Below are positions 1-12,858 of a DNA stretch of 46,238 bases, one piece after another. Below the pieces are notes generated by a model. That model ran no database searches. It was given only the letters and a program-made list of their open reading frames with translations, and was not told the origin of the DNA. The stretch is from assembly GCF_001194135.2 (NCBI RefSeq), contig NC_068990.1:78635164-78681401 (forward strand). Direction: 5' to 3'. Each line of letters starts with the position of its first letter. Position 1 is the stretch's first letter. Made by a program: the position numbers and the translations under genes. The stretch is from Octopus bimaculoides. Taxonomy: Eukaryota.

Positions 1-340
1 CAGTGCCCCTGGACTGGCTCATGTGCGGGCGACACATGATATCTTTTGAGCGAGATCGTTGCCAGTGCCCCTGGACTGGCTCATGTGTGGGTGACACATG
101 AGGTTTCTCGAGCGAGATGAGCGTGGCCGTTGCCAGTATCGCCTGACTGGCCTTCGTGCGGGTGACACGTAAAAGCACCCACTACACTCTCTGAGTGGTT
201 GGCGTTAGGAAGGGCATCCAGCTGTAGAAACTCTGCCAAATCAGATTGGAGCCTGGTGTAGCCATCTGGTTTCACCAGTCCTCAGTCAAATCGTCCAACC
301 CATGCTAGCATGGAAAGCGGACGTTAAACGACGACGACGT
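1..340 (+). mobile_element. 5'-truncated 3' end of RTE LINE ('family D'), with tandem hairpin modules and (GAC)n tail
   Basis: Contains aaaagcacccactacactc...ggaagggcatccagctgtagaaa...catgctagcatggaaagcggacgttaaacgacgac. The same block recurs about 10 times in the window and is physically joined to RTE ORFs at 31.2-31.6 kb and 38.7-39.2 kb. Confidence 0.85.
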
Positions 341-518
341 ACATTTATACATATATGTATAATATCATATACTTTTATATTTCGCAGTGCAAAGACAAGA
401 GAAAAAGTACAGATCTCCTGCCATGTTATCATAGCTAACGAGACGATATTTTTGTTTGAGAGAAGTAATCCTGTCACTGTTGTTGGATTTGTGTTGTTTG
501 ATTAACTTGGGTTATAGA

Positions 519-600
519 AGTGGTTCTCAACTGGACAGTAGCGCCTCCTTGGGGGCATCGTGAACTCAAAAGTGTTGACAAATGCCAAGGGGTTTCTAAG
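519..600 (+). mobile_element. Possible left end of a hAT/Charlie-type element
   Basis: agtggttctcaact resembles the CAGTGGTTCTCAA TIR class also seen at 11589. No matching right end found. Confidence 0.3.
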
Positions 601-1823
601 GGAACACTGGGTATTTAAAGAGAGTGTTTGTTGTTGTAGAAATCAAATATTGACACTAGAAACATTACTTATACTTTAAATACATTTTCAAAAAAAAAAA
701 AAGACATTAGAATATGACGAGGAGATTGTGTTGTTATCAATAAGCAGAAAGATGGCAGACGTGATGGAGCAAGGTCCAATATAATGAAATTATATGTCAT
801 CACCCTCCTTAGTAATTTCTAGAAAAATTAAATGGAGGGGTCGCTCATACTGGATGAGATGGGACATGAAAACATGACTAATATACTATTAGTATGAAAA
901 TATGGTTCATAAAGCAATTAGTACAAAATTAGTATCTGTTTGATTAAAATCTGTTTGGGGTTTTTCTTTCTTTCTTTCTTTTTGTTTGTTTTTGAGGTGG
1001 GAGATATGGAAAAGGAGTTGTTTGTAAAACTGCATTTGGTGAAATAGGCAATGAGTAACAAGTTAAGAATCCCTAGTTTAGAGCTTAGAAAATCCATTTA
1101 TTCTTGTAAAGTCATGAAAATGCAACAGCTTGTGGTAGAAAGGCCCACATTATTGCCTAAACTAAATTGACAACATTAATATATGAAAATAAAATCATTT
1201 AGTTTTACAGGATTAACCATTGTAAAGATTAATAGCCAGGTTAGAGAAGGTGTTCTAAACTTAGTAATTCTTTTAATTTGCATTGAGCAAACACTCAAGA
1301 TACGGGTATAAACAGGGACAGAGAAACATTGAGTGAATACTGAGAAAGATGATCCAGCATGGCCATGGCTGAGTTAATCTTGATAAACTAAAACAACTGC
1401 AACACTAAAATATGATTACATACAACCGAAAAAGCAAGGGCTCAATAGGGTTTTCTAAATGAAGCTTAATTATGTAGAAGCAAACTGAAAAGGGAAATGA
1501 TAGATATTCCCCAGATTGTCCAAAGCCCTTCTCAGTTTTATCTTTTAAAGTCGTCTTTAAAATAAAAAGCATATGCCATCTGGATGTTGGAATATTAGTT
1601 ATGCTATAAAATAATAAACTCAAATGGCAATCTTTATATCTTACTAAAAATGCTGTAATACTGCAATCCTCTCGTGTAGATGTACAGTGCTAAGGGCACA
1701 GACAAATACCACAAGCAGATGAGAATTATCTGGCATGGTTGCCGGAATGCCAAACCACACGAATTCAGCATACACGAGCTTCTTCAGAGGCAAGAGCCCC
1801 TGAGAAAACTTTGAGGCTGTCAT

Positions 1824-1847
1824 GGAGAGAGAGGGGGGAGGGAGAGG

Positions 1848-1900
<53 letters not shown>
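1824..1900. repeat. (GA)n microsatellite
   Basis: Seen directly. Confidence 0.95.
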
Positions 1901-1903
<3 letters not shown>

Positions 1904-1979
1904 CTGGTCTTTGTTGTTTAATCCTTTTGTTACCATATTTCATTCTTCTGCTGAAATTCACTGCCCTTGTTTCAATTAA

Positions 1980-2142
1980 TTTTTTCTAATGAAGAATTAA
2001 GATGACAGTGATTATTAATTTGGTGTTTGGAGCATAAATTAACCTGGAATTTTGATGCTAAGTTTTAATTTGGGTCACTTTGAAATTGGGTGTTTGTATT
2101 ATACGACCAAGGGTGGTGTCAGACAAATTGCTATGAAAAGGG
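1980..2142 (-). mobile_element. Terminus of a piggyBac-like MITE
   Basis: Ends in aaaaggg|ttag. Its reverse complement (cccttttca...) resembles the TTAA|cccttttca terminus at 7370. Confidence 0.35.
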
Positions 2143-2231
2143 TTAGAAGTTGTAAATTGATTCCCATTGCAGCAGGAAATGTGTTATTCTTTTCTCTCTG
2201 ACACATTCTAGTACATCTACAGTGTATGTAC

Positions 2232-2264
<33 letters not shown>

Positions 2265-2922
2265 CGTGTGTGAGTATATAGAAATGTGAAATAGTTTTTT
2301 AAAGATATAATGCTTAATGGTGTTTATATGAAAAAAAATTTTGTCTGTGAATTTATAATCTATTTATATGATTGGGAAGCATTTGTTAAGAGGAAATGGA
2401 TGAACCAAGAAGGAATATCATGCTAATATTAAAGAACAATAAAAGAGGCTTAACTCTAAATAATATCAAATGGCTGACAAATACATGAAGAAGAATAAGA
2501 TAGAGAAAGACACTTGAGAAAGAATCCTTATTTTACATTATTGTTTCCCTTCTGGTATGGTTGGATGGTCTCATGGTTTCTGAACACAGTCTTTCATCAA
2601 CAGAAAAATTAGCAATCTATTCTACAAACCATGTTTTTAAGTAGTTTTTTATAGCTGGATACCCTTCCTGTCACTAACTACAATACAGGGTGTATTTATT
2701 GTAGCCTGACATCTAGAACGCAAAAAGTCTTCTCTACCCTGTGTCAGTAGCTTTTTTCAGAGTTGCTGAGGCTGTAGAGTTCATCTTCCTCACTTCTTTA
2801 AGAACACAAATTTGTTGTTATTGTTATCGGGAAAATGGTGTCTCAGAAAGGAATACATAAGGTTGCAGCTGTGCTGGGGAATATGGCCTTTCTCAGTCTC
2901 TGAACTGGTTTTCATATAGTTT

Positions 2923-3195
2923 CATCATCATCATCATCGTTTAACGTCTGCTTTCCATGCTGGCATGGGTTCGACGGTTTGAATGAGGACTGGCGAACCA
3001 GATGGCTGCACCAGGCTCCAATCTGATCTGGCAGACTTTCTACAGCTGGATGCCCTTCTTAACATCAACCACTCCAAGAGTGTAGTGGGTGCTTTTTACA
3101 TGCCACTGGCACGGGAGCCAGTCGGGGGTGGGGTGGCAACGACCACGTTCTGATGGTGGTTTTTATGCCACTGGCACAGGAGCCAGTCAGGCAGA
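2923..3195 (-). mobile_element. Family D (RTE 3' end) copy
   Basis: (CAT)n tail followed by gtttaacgtctgctttccatgctggcatggg...ctggatgcccttc, the reverse complement of 1-340. Confidence 0.85.
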
Positions 3196-3712
3196 TCTAT
3201 CGAAAATAACCTTAGCTAGCCGTATATGTGTGTGTGCGTATGCATTTATCTATGTATGCGTATGTACATGCAAGCATCTATGCATGTGTTGATATTCACA
3301 TCTATGTGTGCATAAATGTGTGTGTGTGTGTGTGCATGTGTGTTAGTGTGTGTGCATGTGCGTGTACATGTACACATGATGTACTTGTGTGTATTTCAAA
3401 ATAATCACTGACATTAAAGGAGAGACTAAACTACACTTACACTCCACTCTGCTGTACAGTACACACCCACACACCACACACCACCACCACCGCCGCACCT
3501 TACTGCTCTTGTTCTGTTTCTTAGAGAGAAAGAAAGAGTAAGAGTACAAGGAAGAGTACATTATTTATATATATAGTAAAGCTTTCCTCTCCTCAGGTGA
3601 CATTGTTGTCCCAAGCAATGGTTTCTCCCTTCTCTTCCCACATAGTTTTACCTGAGGAAGGGGGAGGGGGCAGAATAGTAAGTTATTTGTAGCTAACCTG
3701 ATAACAGCTTTG

Positions 3713-3716
3713 TGTG

Positions 3717-3805
<89 letters not shown>
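3713..3805. repeat. (TG)n microsatellite
   Basis: Seen directly. Confidence 0.95.
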
Positions 3806-3807
<2 letters not shown>

Positions 3808-5630
3808 TATAATATTTCTCAGCTTTCAATAACAAATAATGTTTGTGCGCCTGTTCTTGTGTGTGCTTGTGTATGTGAGCGCTTGCATAAGCCCAAGAAT
3901 GTGTTAATGCGTACTTGCACATATTCCAACATGTATGTGTACATGCATGTGTGTGTGATGTGTGTATGTGTGTGTGTGTGTGTGTGTGTGCATGTGTGTG
4001 TGTGTTAGAAATCTAGTTATAAATAAATACATCAGAGTTTTAAGAATTGCTTTTCTAAGTTGTGTATTTTGTAGTTTACTAAATCGTGGTAGGTAAATAA
4101 CCTTTGAAGTTAGACTATTATTTCTAGCATTCGGGCTGTTTTCTTTTTCTGCCCTCATTACATATGAATTATGTTTTAGTTGTCTTCTAATTTTAGAAAC
4201 TGAAAAGATGTCTCTTAACGAGGTGACAGGGTTGTTCTGATCACCAATGTTACCTCAAATCATAAAGATTGGTTTTTGCCTAATTAAAAAAAAAAACTCT
4301 TGTTGCTGCAATTGAGTTCATAGCTTGGCTCTTCACAATCAGTTTTCGTTGTCTGAATGAAGACAGCTTCTTTTTATTTTCTGGCAATTTGTATTGGATA
4401 GTAATGCAGAGAATTTTGTTTATTATCATCTCAGATTTTAGTCATATCCCCACTGCATAAGTCCATTTTACGATGCCTTTAGGCAAAGTATAAACACAGA
4501 AGATAATCTAACAGAGTAGCTAGCAACTTCCTTACATGGCTCTTCCAGTTGACAATTTTATAGACATGCAAATACAAAATTAAATTCTGAAATACAGTAA
4601 ATACTTGTATCAGAACACAAAAAAAAGGGTAGCAGAAGCAAATATAAGTTATTTCCACAATTCAATGCTAAATGTGTCCACTTGTCTTACTCCCTGTGTG
4701 AATTCTTTAAGCATAAAAAAAAAAAATTCCTAGTTCTTTCTTTATAAATAATTGTGTGTTAGAAGAAAGAAGAAACAGTGCAAACCATGGAAATGAGGAG
4801 AATGGTCCTTATTAAAAGGGTTGCAGGAATTTCATAGGGAAGAAAAAAAGAAAAAATAGAAAATAAAAAGCAAACTATTATGGTGTTAAGTATTGGCAAT
4901 GAACAAATGGTTCATGGGTTCAATTTCTGTTTCAATATTTATAGAATTTTGTCTTTGATTCCATTGATTAAAACTGTTTTTTTTTCCCTTTTAGCAACAT
5001 GATGGATTAGATGGAGGTTAGAAATAATATTAAAAATGGTTTGAAAGAGGTCATGACATTAAAAAGAAAATGCAAAGTTGTTAATATAATAACTTTAATA
5101 AAAATGTAAAAGATGGGAGCTAATTTATAAGAAACTTCTGGAAAGACTAATGTATGTGTGTGTGTGTGTGTGTGTGTGTGCGTCTTCTCACTTCACTCAT
5201 TTCTACAACTTTTATTTCCACAAACCTTCTTTCTCATACATTTCCATTCCATCAGACATTATCTCTTCCTCTTAAGTGCAAGATGTCTTGTTTATTGCCC
5301 AAGTATTCACATACACACACACACACAGAGTCAGGGCTGGATTAAGGCCAACTGATGCCCCCTAAGTCCCCAAGTATAGTGCCTCCCTTTACCCTTCCTT
5401 TGTATTTTTCAAACTTTTTAAAAATTTTGCCCCCTTTCTTTTACACCCATTTGCCCACAATTTAGTAATATTTATTTTACACACTAGTCAGGGCATCACC
5501 TAACATTACAGGTGCAGTGACTGGCTTTATTGCATGTATGGAAATACCGACAATTTTTGACTGTCTCTTGAACTTTTGGTCATTGTTTATAATTTACAAG
5601 CATGTATGGTATATATCTCAATGTTTAATA

Positions 5631-6025
5631 TTTTATTCTTTTATTTGTTTCAGTCATTTGACTGAGGCCATGCTGGAGCACTGCCTTTAGTTGAACAAAT
5701 CAACCCCAGGACTTATTCTTTGTAAGCTTAGTACTTATTTTATCAGTCTCTTTTGCCAAACTGCTAAGTTATGGGGATGTAAACACACCAGCATCAATTG
5801 TCATGCGATGTTGGAGAAGACAAACACAGACATACACACACACACACACATATATATATACAATGGGCTTCTTTCAGTTTCCATCTGCCAAATCCACTCA
5901 CAAGGCTTTGGTCAGACCAAGGCTATAAGTAGAAGACACTTGGCCAAAGTGCCATGCAGTGGGACTGAACCCAGAACCGTGTGGTTGGCAAGTAAGTTAC
6001 TTACCACACAGCCACTCCTGCACCT
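5631..6025 (-). mobile_element. Full-length tRNA-derived SINE ('family B') with internal (CA)/(TA) tract
   Basis: On the minus strand: A-box-like TGGCTGTGTGG (6004-6014), B-box-like GGTTCAGTCCC (5961-5971), then a segment reminiscent of CORE-SINEs. Partial copies at about 26005-26255 and 35170-36260. Confidence 0.8.
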
Positions 6026-6040
6026 ATTATTATTATTATT

Positions 6041-6482
6041 GAGAGTAGAGAGGGAAGTGCTGTCTCATAGCAAATTCGTTGAAAGATGGGTGACTGTTGG
6101 AAAAATGGCCAGTATAAACGGACCAATTCTGAGAATACACCTGTAGAAAAAAAAGGTAATGTAAAAGGAGAAAGGGCTCTATACCCCTTTCTTATTTTTT
6201 TCTGACCAGGCTCTCGTGGTTTTATGGGTTTTTCCACGTGTAACCTTTCCTTTTTCGAAGCGCCTCCCCCTTCGGGGGTTTCTACTTATTTATTTATTTA
6301 TCTATCTATTTGTTATATCTTTCTCCGTTTTCTTCTTCTGCTTAGACGAACTTTCCTACCTTTTCGGACAAAACCTTTTGTAACCTTCGTCCTGTCTTTG
6401 TCCTTATATGTTTTTAATTGATATTAGCCCTGGTGGCCAATAAAACGAATTAATTATTATTATTATTATTATTATTATTATT
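6041..6482 (+). mobile_element. 3' end of an L1/Tx1-like LINE with AATAAA and (TTA)n tail
   Basis: RVEREVLSHSKFVERWVTVGKMASINGPILRIHL* resembles recalled L1/Tx1 ORF2 C-termini. It is followed by about 300 nt of UTR, AATAAA and (TTA)n, and preceded by (TTA)n. Confidence 0.5.
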
Positions 6483-7369
6483 GCTATGATTGTGGCTACC
6501 AAACAGTTTCACAATTATTTTAAAGCTAATATTTAAATCAGATACAAAGACTAAAAAAACTGTACAGATGCATCAACTGTCCCTACCTGTACAACCTCAC
6601 CCAGAGGACAGTGTCCCATCTACTTTCAGAAGCACTGGTCTGACTGATGAGACCACGTTAAAACACAAGTGCAGAATGTGAAATAATTGATAAAACCAGT
6701 TTTCTTTTGCCAGATTATCCATCTGGTCAGACCCCACAGCTATATTAAATATAGCCTGGTTTTACATTTTAGCTAACACTAATCAGCAAAAGAAATACAA
6801 ATTATCTACTTATAATCAAAGCAACAGAATGAAAATGCAAATTTTCAACATCTTTTCATTAATATTTTAGAAAACTTTTATAATTTGCACAATGCCTTAC
6901 AAGAAATTTTAGCAATGGAAAAAATACTGTATTAGTGCATTATTTATTGGTTAATCCAGCCATGTACACAGTGGATTCCTCTACCCACTCAACGACAATA
7001 ATTTAGATAAACAGACAAAACTATGTTTTATATTAAACATGCAATTAGGAACATAACAAGTATCTTAATATCTTGTGTATTTAAATAGTTTGAATAATTT
7101 CACATACAAATATTAAGAATGTATAATTGAAAAGCAGAGTTATATATATAAACTCACATTTTCATAAATGAAACATGTTGAAATATATGTAATCTCATTT
7201 GTGTGTGTGTGTGTGTGTGAGTCAAATATATGCCAGGTCAGAAGTGGCGCCACTTAGTAAATACAGTCAGCTTTGTACAAGCTTCAAGTTCAGGAAGCCA
7301 TTCACAAAATGTCAAAGCACTTGCTGTTTGCTGGGCTCACTCGTTCATCTATCTACTCAGAAAATCAGT

Positions 7370-7620
7370 TTAACCCTTTTCACACCAAACAGCCAGAGAC
7401 CACTTCTGGTTTTATAAAACCTCTCATTTTAAAATGCTCACATTTAGACTGAAAATCTGCCATCGTAATTTCATATAACAACTTTTTGTTATTATATTCC
7501 AAACACTAGTTGAATAATAACAAAGCTATTTTCTTAAACCGTTTCACATTTTTGATTACTTTCAAAATTAATTTCATTAGATATATGGTCACTAACAAGT
7601 TAATTAATAATGTTTCATTG
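7370..7620 (+). mobile_element. Left part of a piggyBac-like MITE
   Basis: TTAA|CCCTTTT start is typical of piggyBac termini. No right TIR found. Confidence 0.35.
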
Positions 7621-7824
7621 ATCAGTGAACTAACCTAACCCTCTCTCTCTCTCTTTCTCTCTCATCTTCCTCTTTCCCCCCTCTCCTTCTATCTGTCTGT
7701 CTGTCTCTTTTTTCCTAATGGTGTAGTGAAGTAAACAATAACAGTGTGGATAGATAAACAGTTTCTTTTTTGTTTTTATTGCAGTAAAAACCCTCATCAC
7801 AAACTACAAAAAATACAAGGACAC

Positions 7825-7872
<48 letters not shown>

Positions 7873-8902
7873 TCTCTCTCTCTCTTTCTCTCACTCTTAA
7901 AATAGATTAATTATGATCTGGTAATTTTAGCCTCAGTTGATTGAGAGGGACAAAGAGGGTGGATGTGTGTATTTAACTTTGATTTGCAAGTGACAAGATT
8001 TGTACTCAAATGAAACAACATCATTAAACACAAACATTGATTGATCGGTTGATTGAGTGAGTGAGTGAATGATTGAGTAAGAGTGTAAGTAGGGTGGGGA
8101 CCATGTTATCTACTTTCTAATCAACAAATATTGAAATACTAGCAGAACCCATGAATATTTCAAAGAATTAATGGTAAACTTATTGCTATTATTTCTGACA
8201 ACTTTATCGAAAAAGCCTGTGTTGTGTCTGTATCAAAAGAGAGTCATTCATTTGCTAATTATTGACAAGGGAAGGAAACTGGAATACAATAAGCACTTTA
8301 TATACTTAATACACAGCACTCTCCCTCTTTCTCTCTCCCTCTTCATCTTACCCTCTTTTTCTCTCCTTTTTCATTCATTCTTTGCCTTTCCCTTTCAACT
8401 GATCATGTGAAAGCGTTACAGATGGGCTAAGTAATGAAATGACAAGCAGAATTATTATAAGATAGGGGAACAAAAAAATACATCCAAAAGATACTTCTTT
8501 CCTGACACACCTCATGCAGAAATCAAACACTGCACACACACACACACACACACATTTAAAATCCTAAAAGATGATATGACAGAGAATGGATCCCTTCATT
8601 ACTTGGCTCAAAGTCTATTTCAAAGATAGTGGGGGGGGGGCAGAGAAAAAGGTCATATTTATAGGAATTAATAGTCAACAAGTGGACACAATTGTTGTAA
8701 TTGTGATTTAAGATGTGAAAAAGTGATTTAAGATGTTCCTCTTTATAAATAACTGATTCAGTAAAATCTTTGATTAAATGTATTCGGCCCGTAAAGATCC
8801 AATATTATGGGATTGATAAGGATTAACAGAAAACGAGGGAAAATAGAGGAAGAAAAAGGGAAAGATGTATGAATGAGTATGAGAGAAATGACAAAAAGCA
8901 AC

Positions 8903-8936
<34 letters not shown>

Positions 8937-8946
8937 NNNNNNNNNN
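8937..8946. other. Assembly gap (10 N) within (GA)n
   Basis: Seen directly. Confidence 1.
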
Positions 8947-8952
8947 GAGAGA

Positions 8953-8993
<41 letters not shown>

Positions 8994-9974
8994 TGACAGA
9001 CATAAAATATATAAAGAAGGGACGACAAAGATGAAAAATATCAAATTCAGTCAATTGAAATGTAATACAATAGAGAGATAAGCTGTGTGTATATCTGTAT
9101 GTAGACATATTTATATCTATCTATCTCTTTGTCTGTCTCCCTGTTTGTCTATCTCGAGATCTATCTGGAAGAAAGAAAAGAAGAGAATGTGGTTATGAAT
9201 AAATGAATGAGTGACCTCCATTTAGACACTATTACACAAGTTTGAAAGAAGCACCCCCCTAGCCACCCCCTACACCATCAAACATTCTATAGAAATCCCA
9301 ACATAATTATGCCAGTATCCAACCGATTGTATGCAAACTCAGTATAAAAGCAGTTTCTATATTTAATTTTTATCAGACAATGGATGTGGCTAAATGGACT
9401 TACATGCTTTATGTTTTTTAATTTTCTGATTTAATTTCAATCGACAAGCAAAAGAAAACCATCAAAATAAAACAAACACAAGTCATTTAATAAGATTACA
9501 TCATCAATTCCTATTTATTTATGATCCACAGCATTGAAAGTTCAAATCCAACCACTGTCAACATTGTCTTTCATCCCTCTATGGTTGATATTCAGCAAGC
9601 CTATACAGCAATTGATTTCATCCCTAAATTTATGTGCATTAGCCTCATTATCAACTTGGTATAGCAAAGATCTGGTGAATATCGTTATACACAGGATATA
9701 AAAAAGGATTTAATTTGGTTCCTTTAATGTAGTTTATTCAAACTAACTTCTTCATTTTCCCCAACGTAAATAAATACCAGTTATATACTGTTCCAATCAC
9801 CAAATTCAACATTCAAATAAATGGGCTTTGCTTATTAAACCATAAACCAAAGCCACCCACCAATGCTTATTCTTAAACTGGTTGTGAGGTGAACATCCTG
9901 ATATATGTCAGTTGTTGATTTGTAATTTAGTTGTGTTCTTTGATAGCCTTTCATTGATAGTTGAAGAAGCTAAG

Positions 9975-10195
9975 GAACCAAGCTGGCAGAACCATTAGCC
10001 ACGCCAGGCAAATAGCGTTTTGGCTGTTTTTATGCTTTAAGTTCAAATGCCACCACGGTCAACTTTGCTTTACATCCTTTTGGGGTAGATGAAATAAGTA
10101 TGAGTTGAGCACAAGGGTTGATCTAATCAACATAATCAACTACCTCCCTTCCCAGAAATTGCTGGCCTTGTGCGAAAATTTGAAACTAGCATTTA
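9975..10195 (+). mobile_element. tRNA-derived SINE ('family A'), diverged copy
   Basis: agctggcagaa...gttcaaat...ggtcaactttgctttacatccttttggggt matches 22694-22926. Confidence 0.75.
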
Positions 10196-11588
10196 CAGGA
10201 GCTCCATTTAATTGTTGAGGCCCTCAAGAAAATAAACACTATACAGCCCCATTTCACATGCTCTGTGAATAAATTTAAGTTTCAATGCCTACATAAGAAA
10301 TAATTGATAAGTAGAAGGTTTGTTGGAGCAAACAATAATGAATTTTGTGAAGGGCCTTGAAGATGCTTTAGACATTGGCAAACAGCCATGATACAGGCTT
10401 CAAATAAGATGGGGCTTCAGACACCTTTCGAAAATCCTCAATCTAGAAATGCTACCCAGTGGAAGAAGAAAGGGTAAGAGCTTGGAGCATATTCTAGAAG
10501 CAAGGAACTATTGATAATCAGGCATATCTAAGGTACAAAGAGACTGATAGAATTATTCTTCAGATACTCGATCTTATCGGATTAAACAGTTACAGAACCA
10601 ATTTGGCTGCCAAACAAGTTCTTCATCAATATCACTGTGTTGTTTTATTTTGGAAATAATAAAGTTTTTGTTTGTTTGGTAATTCTGGCAAACGATAAAG
10701 AATAAAAGAATCAGGAACAGTTCTTTTAATCTCTCCGATAAAACTCTTTGATAATTGCTTTCAATTTCTATAAAAACAAGATGCATTATCTCTATTTACC
10801 ACCCTACCATCCTATCTATTTATCTTCTCCATCATTTACATCTACTTTCCAAATTGGTATGGGTTAGATGGATCCTCATGCCTCCCAGCTGGGTTCAGTG
10901 ACCACCATTTCACTTGAACCTTATTAAGTTTGGCATGATTTCTACAACTGGATGCTCTTCTTATCCCCAGACACTCGGGGGCTGGTGTCTTTTATCACGA
11001 CACAAGCCCTAGAGAAGTTGTCATGTTCTCACCAAGACCAAGAATCCAAGTCAAGGGCGCACTGAGGGGCACGTGCCTCCCTCAAGAAAAGAAGTGCACC
11101 CTTCCAAATAATGTTATTATGTCCTTTTCTCCTGCAATTGTATTCCCTTCTGGCCTTCTGACTCCTCCCTTTGAAAAATTCCTGGGACCATGCCTGCAAG
11201 TCCTCCTCACCTTACATTGTCTCCCCTTGTTTGCCATTGTATTGGATGTGTTTCATTGTGACCCTAATGAGTGTCATTGCCTTGATCCCAACAGGACAAA
11301 AGGGGTCCTCACTATTACACTGTCTCTGTTCATAGAGGGCAATTTGACTAATAGAGTGGATAAGAGAGGGGAGAAATATAGAAAAGCGAAGATGTAAAGG
11401 AGAAAGGAGCAGGTCTATGAAGAGTGACTGGGGTGATAGTTGGAGAAGAAGGGAAGAGAGAAAGAAGGAGTGATGCAAAAAGACAGTAGGAGGTGAAGAA
11501 TAATGGTAGGAGCAATGGGTGAGAGTGGGTCAGTGATATTTGCTTGTTCGTTTTTATGTCTGTTTTTTCTTGCTAGCATGGGTTAGAC

Positions 11589-11868
11589 CAGTGGTTTTCA
11601 AACTTTTTGACTTGCGGACCCCTTTATATTTCAGGCTTTACCTTAGGGACCCCCTTATAAACGCTTATGAAATTTATACATAAATATTTGCTTAAAATAA
11701 CATATATTTTTACATTTATTTATTTAACAGTATTTAACAAATAGGTTTATTGTCAATTAAAAGATTTCAATTAAAAAACATATATAAAAATCAAATTGCC
11801 CATAAAAAGTATTTGCTATCCACGGACCCCCTGTCTTGTCCTTGCGGACCACAGTTTGAAAACCCCTG
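11589..11868 (+). mobile_element. Complete 280-bp hAT (Charlie-like) MITE
   Basis: TIRs cagtggttttcaaact / agtttgaaaacccctg, with an exact 8-bp TSD GGTTAGAC at 11581-11588 and 11869-11876. Confidence 0.92.
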
Positions 11869-11898
11869 GGTTAGACAACTATATCATTGAGGAGCACA

Positions 11899-12004
11899 AT
11901 TGGAGCCTGGTGTAGCCATCCGGTTGCACCAGTCCTCAGTCAAATCGTCCAACCCATGCTAGCATGGAAAGCGGACGTTAAACGATGATGATGATGATGA
12001 TGAT
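11899..12004 (+). mobile_element. Short, young family D copy with (GAT)n tail
   Basis: Near-identical to 245-335. Confidence 0.85.
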
Positions 12005-12818
12005 AGTAATACAACATAAACACACATACACATGATGGACTGGTTTCAAAACTGCTATACAAAAATAGGACTGAACCTGAAACCATGAAGCAAACTTCTT
12101 AACCACTCAGCCATGACTGCACCAAAACTGACACAAAAGAGCAAAAGTGACTCTTTTGTTGCCACACAGTGCTAACGACATGATAGCATCTACCCAGTCC
12201 TTACTGTAAAGTGGTTGATGGTAGCAAAGGACTTTGTAAGCTGTGAAAAGGGTTAGACGCTAAGAGAACTGAGTCTTTAAATGAAAACTAATTTTAGAAT
12301 CGAAGGAACACTTTAGTTTTGTTTCATACAACCTTTCTTGGATTTTGCTGATGGTTAAATGAAAAATGGTCCAACGTATGTTGGGATGTGCCTATAAAAC
12401 AAGGGCTGGAAAAACTGACATGACGAACACAATGATGAAGAATCATAACAAGTAAAAGGATGATCTCTGCAACAGATGCCAGCGGAGAAAAACACAGATA
12501 AAGATTATTCAGAATGGATTTTTGGTGTCATTCCGTTTCATATATCTATAATATACACATATATGGTCATGTTTTGTCTCATTATGTTAGAGTTTATCTT
12601 GGTTCCTGTGGAGTCTAAGCAACTGAAAGGAGAAAACTCCTCATTGATTACCAGTTTGTTGCCAGGTTCAAAGTCAGCTACCATCATTACAACTGCTGAA
12701 TGGTCTGGAACCTCATGAAATGAAGGGACTTGCGTTTGGACAAGGCAAGATCTGGTTTAAGAACTGAACCCACAGTCTTGATGTTGCCAGCCCAACATCT
12801 TAAGCACTAGGCCATGTG

Positions 12819-12856
<38 letters not shown>

Positions 12857-12858
<2 letters not shown>

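Noticed and set aside
9500-10790. Possible very old hAT transposase remnant (YILF..STFK, KWALL, QLQNQF)
   Set aside because: The motifs are too short and broken to support without a profile search.
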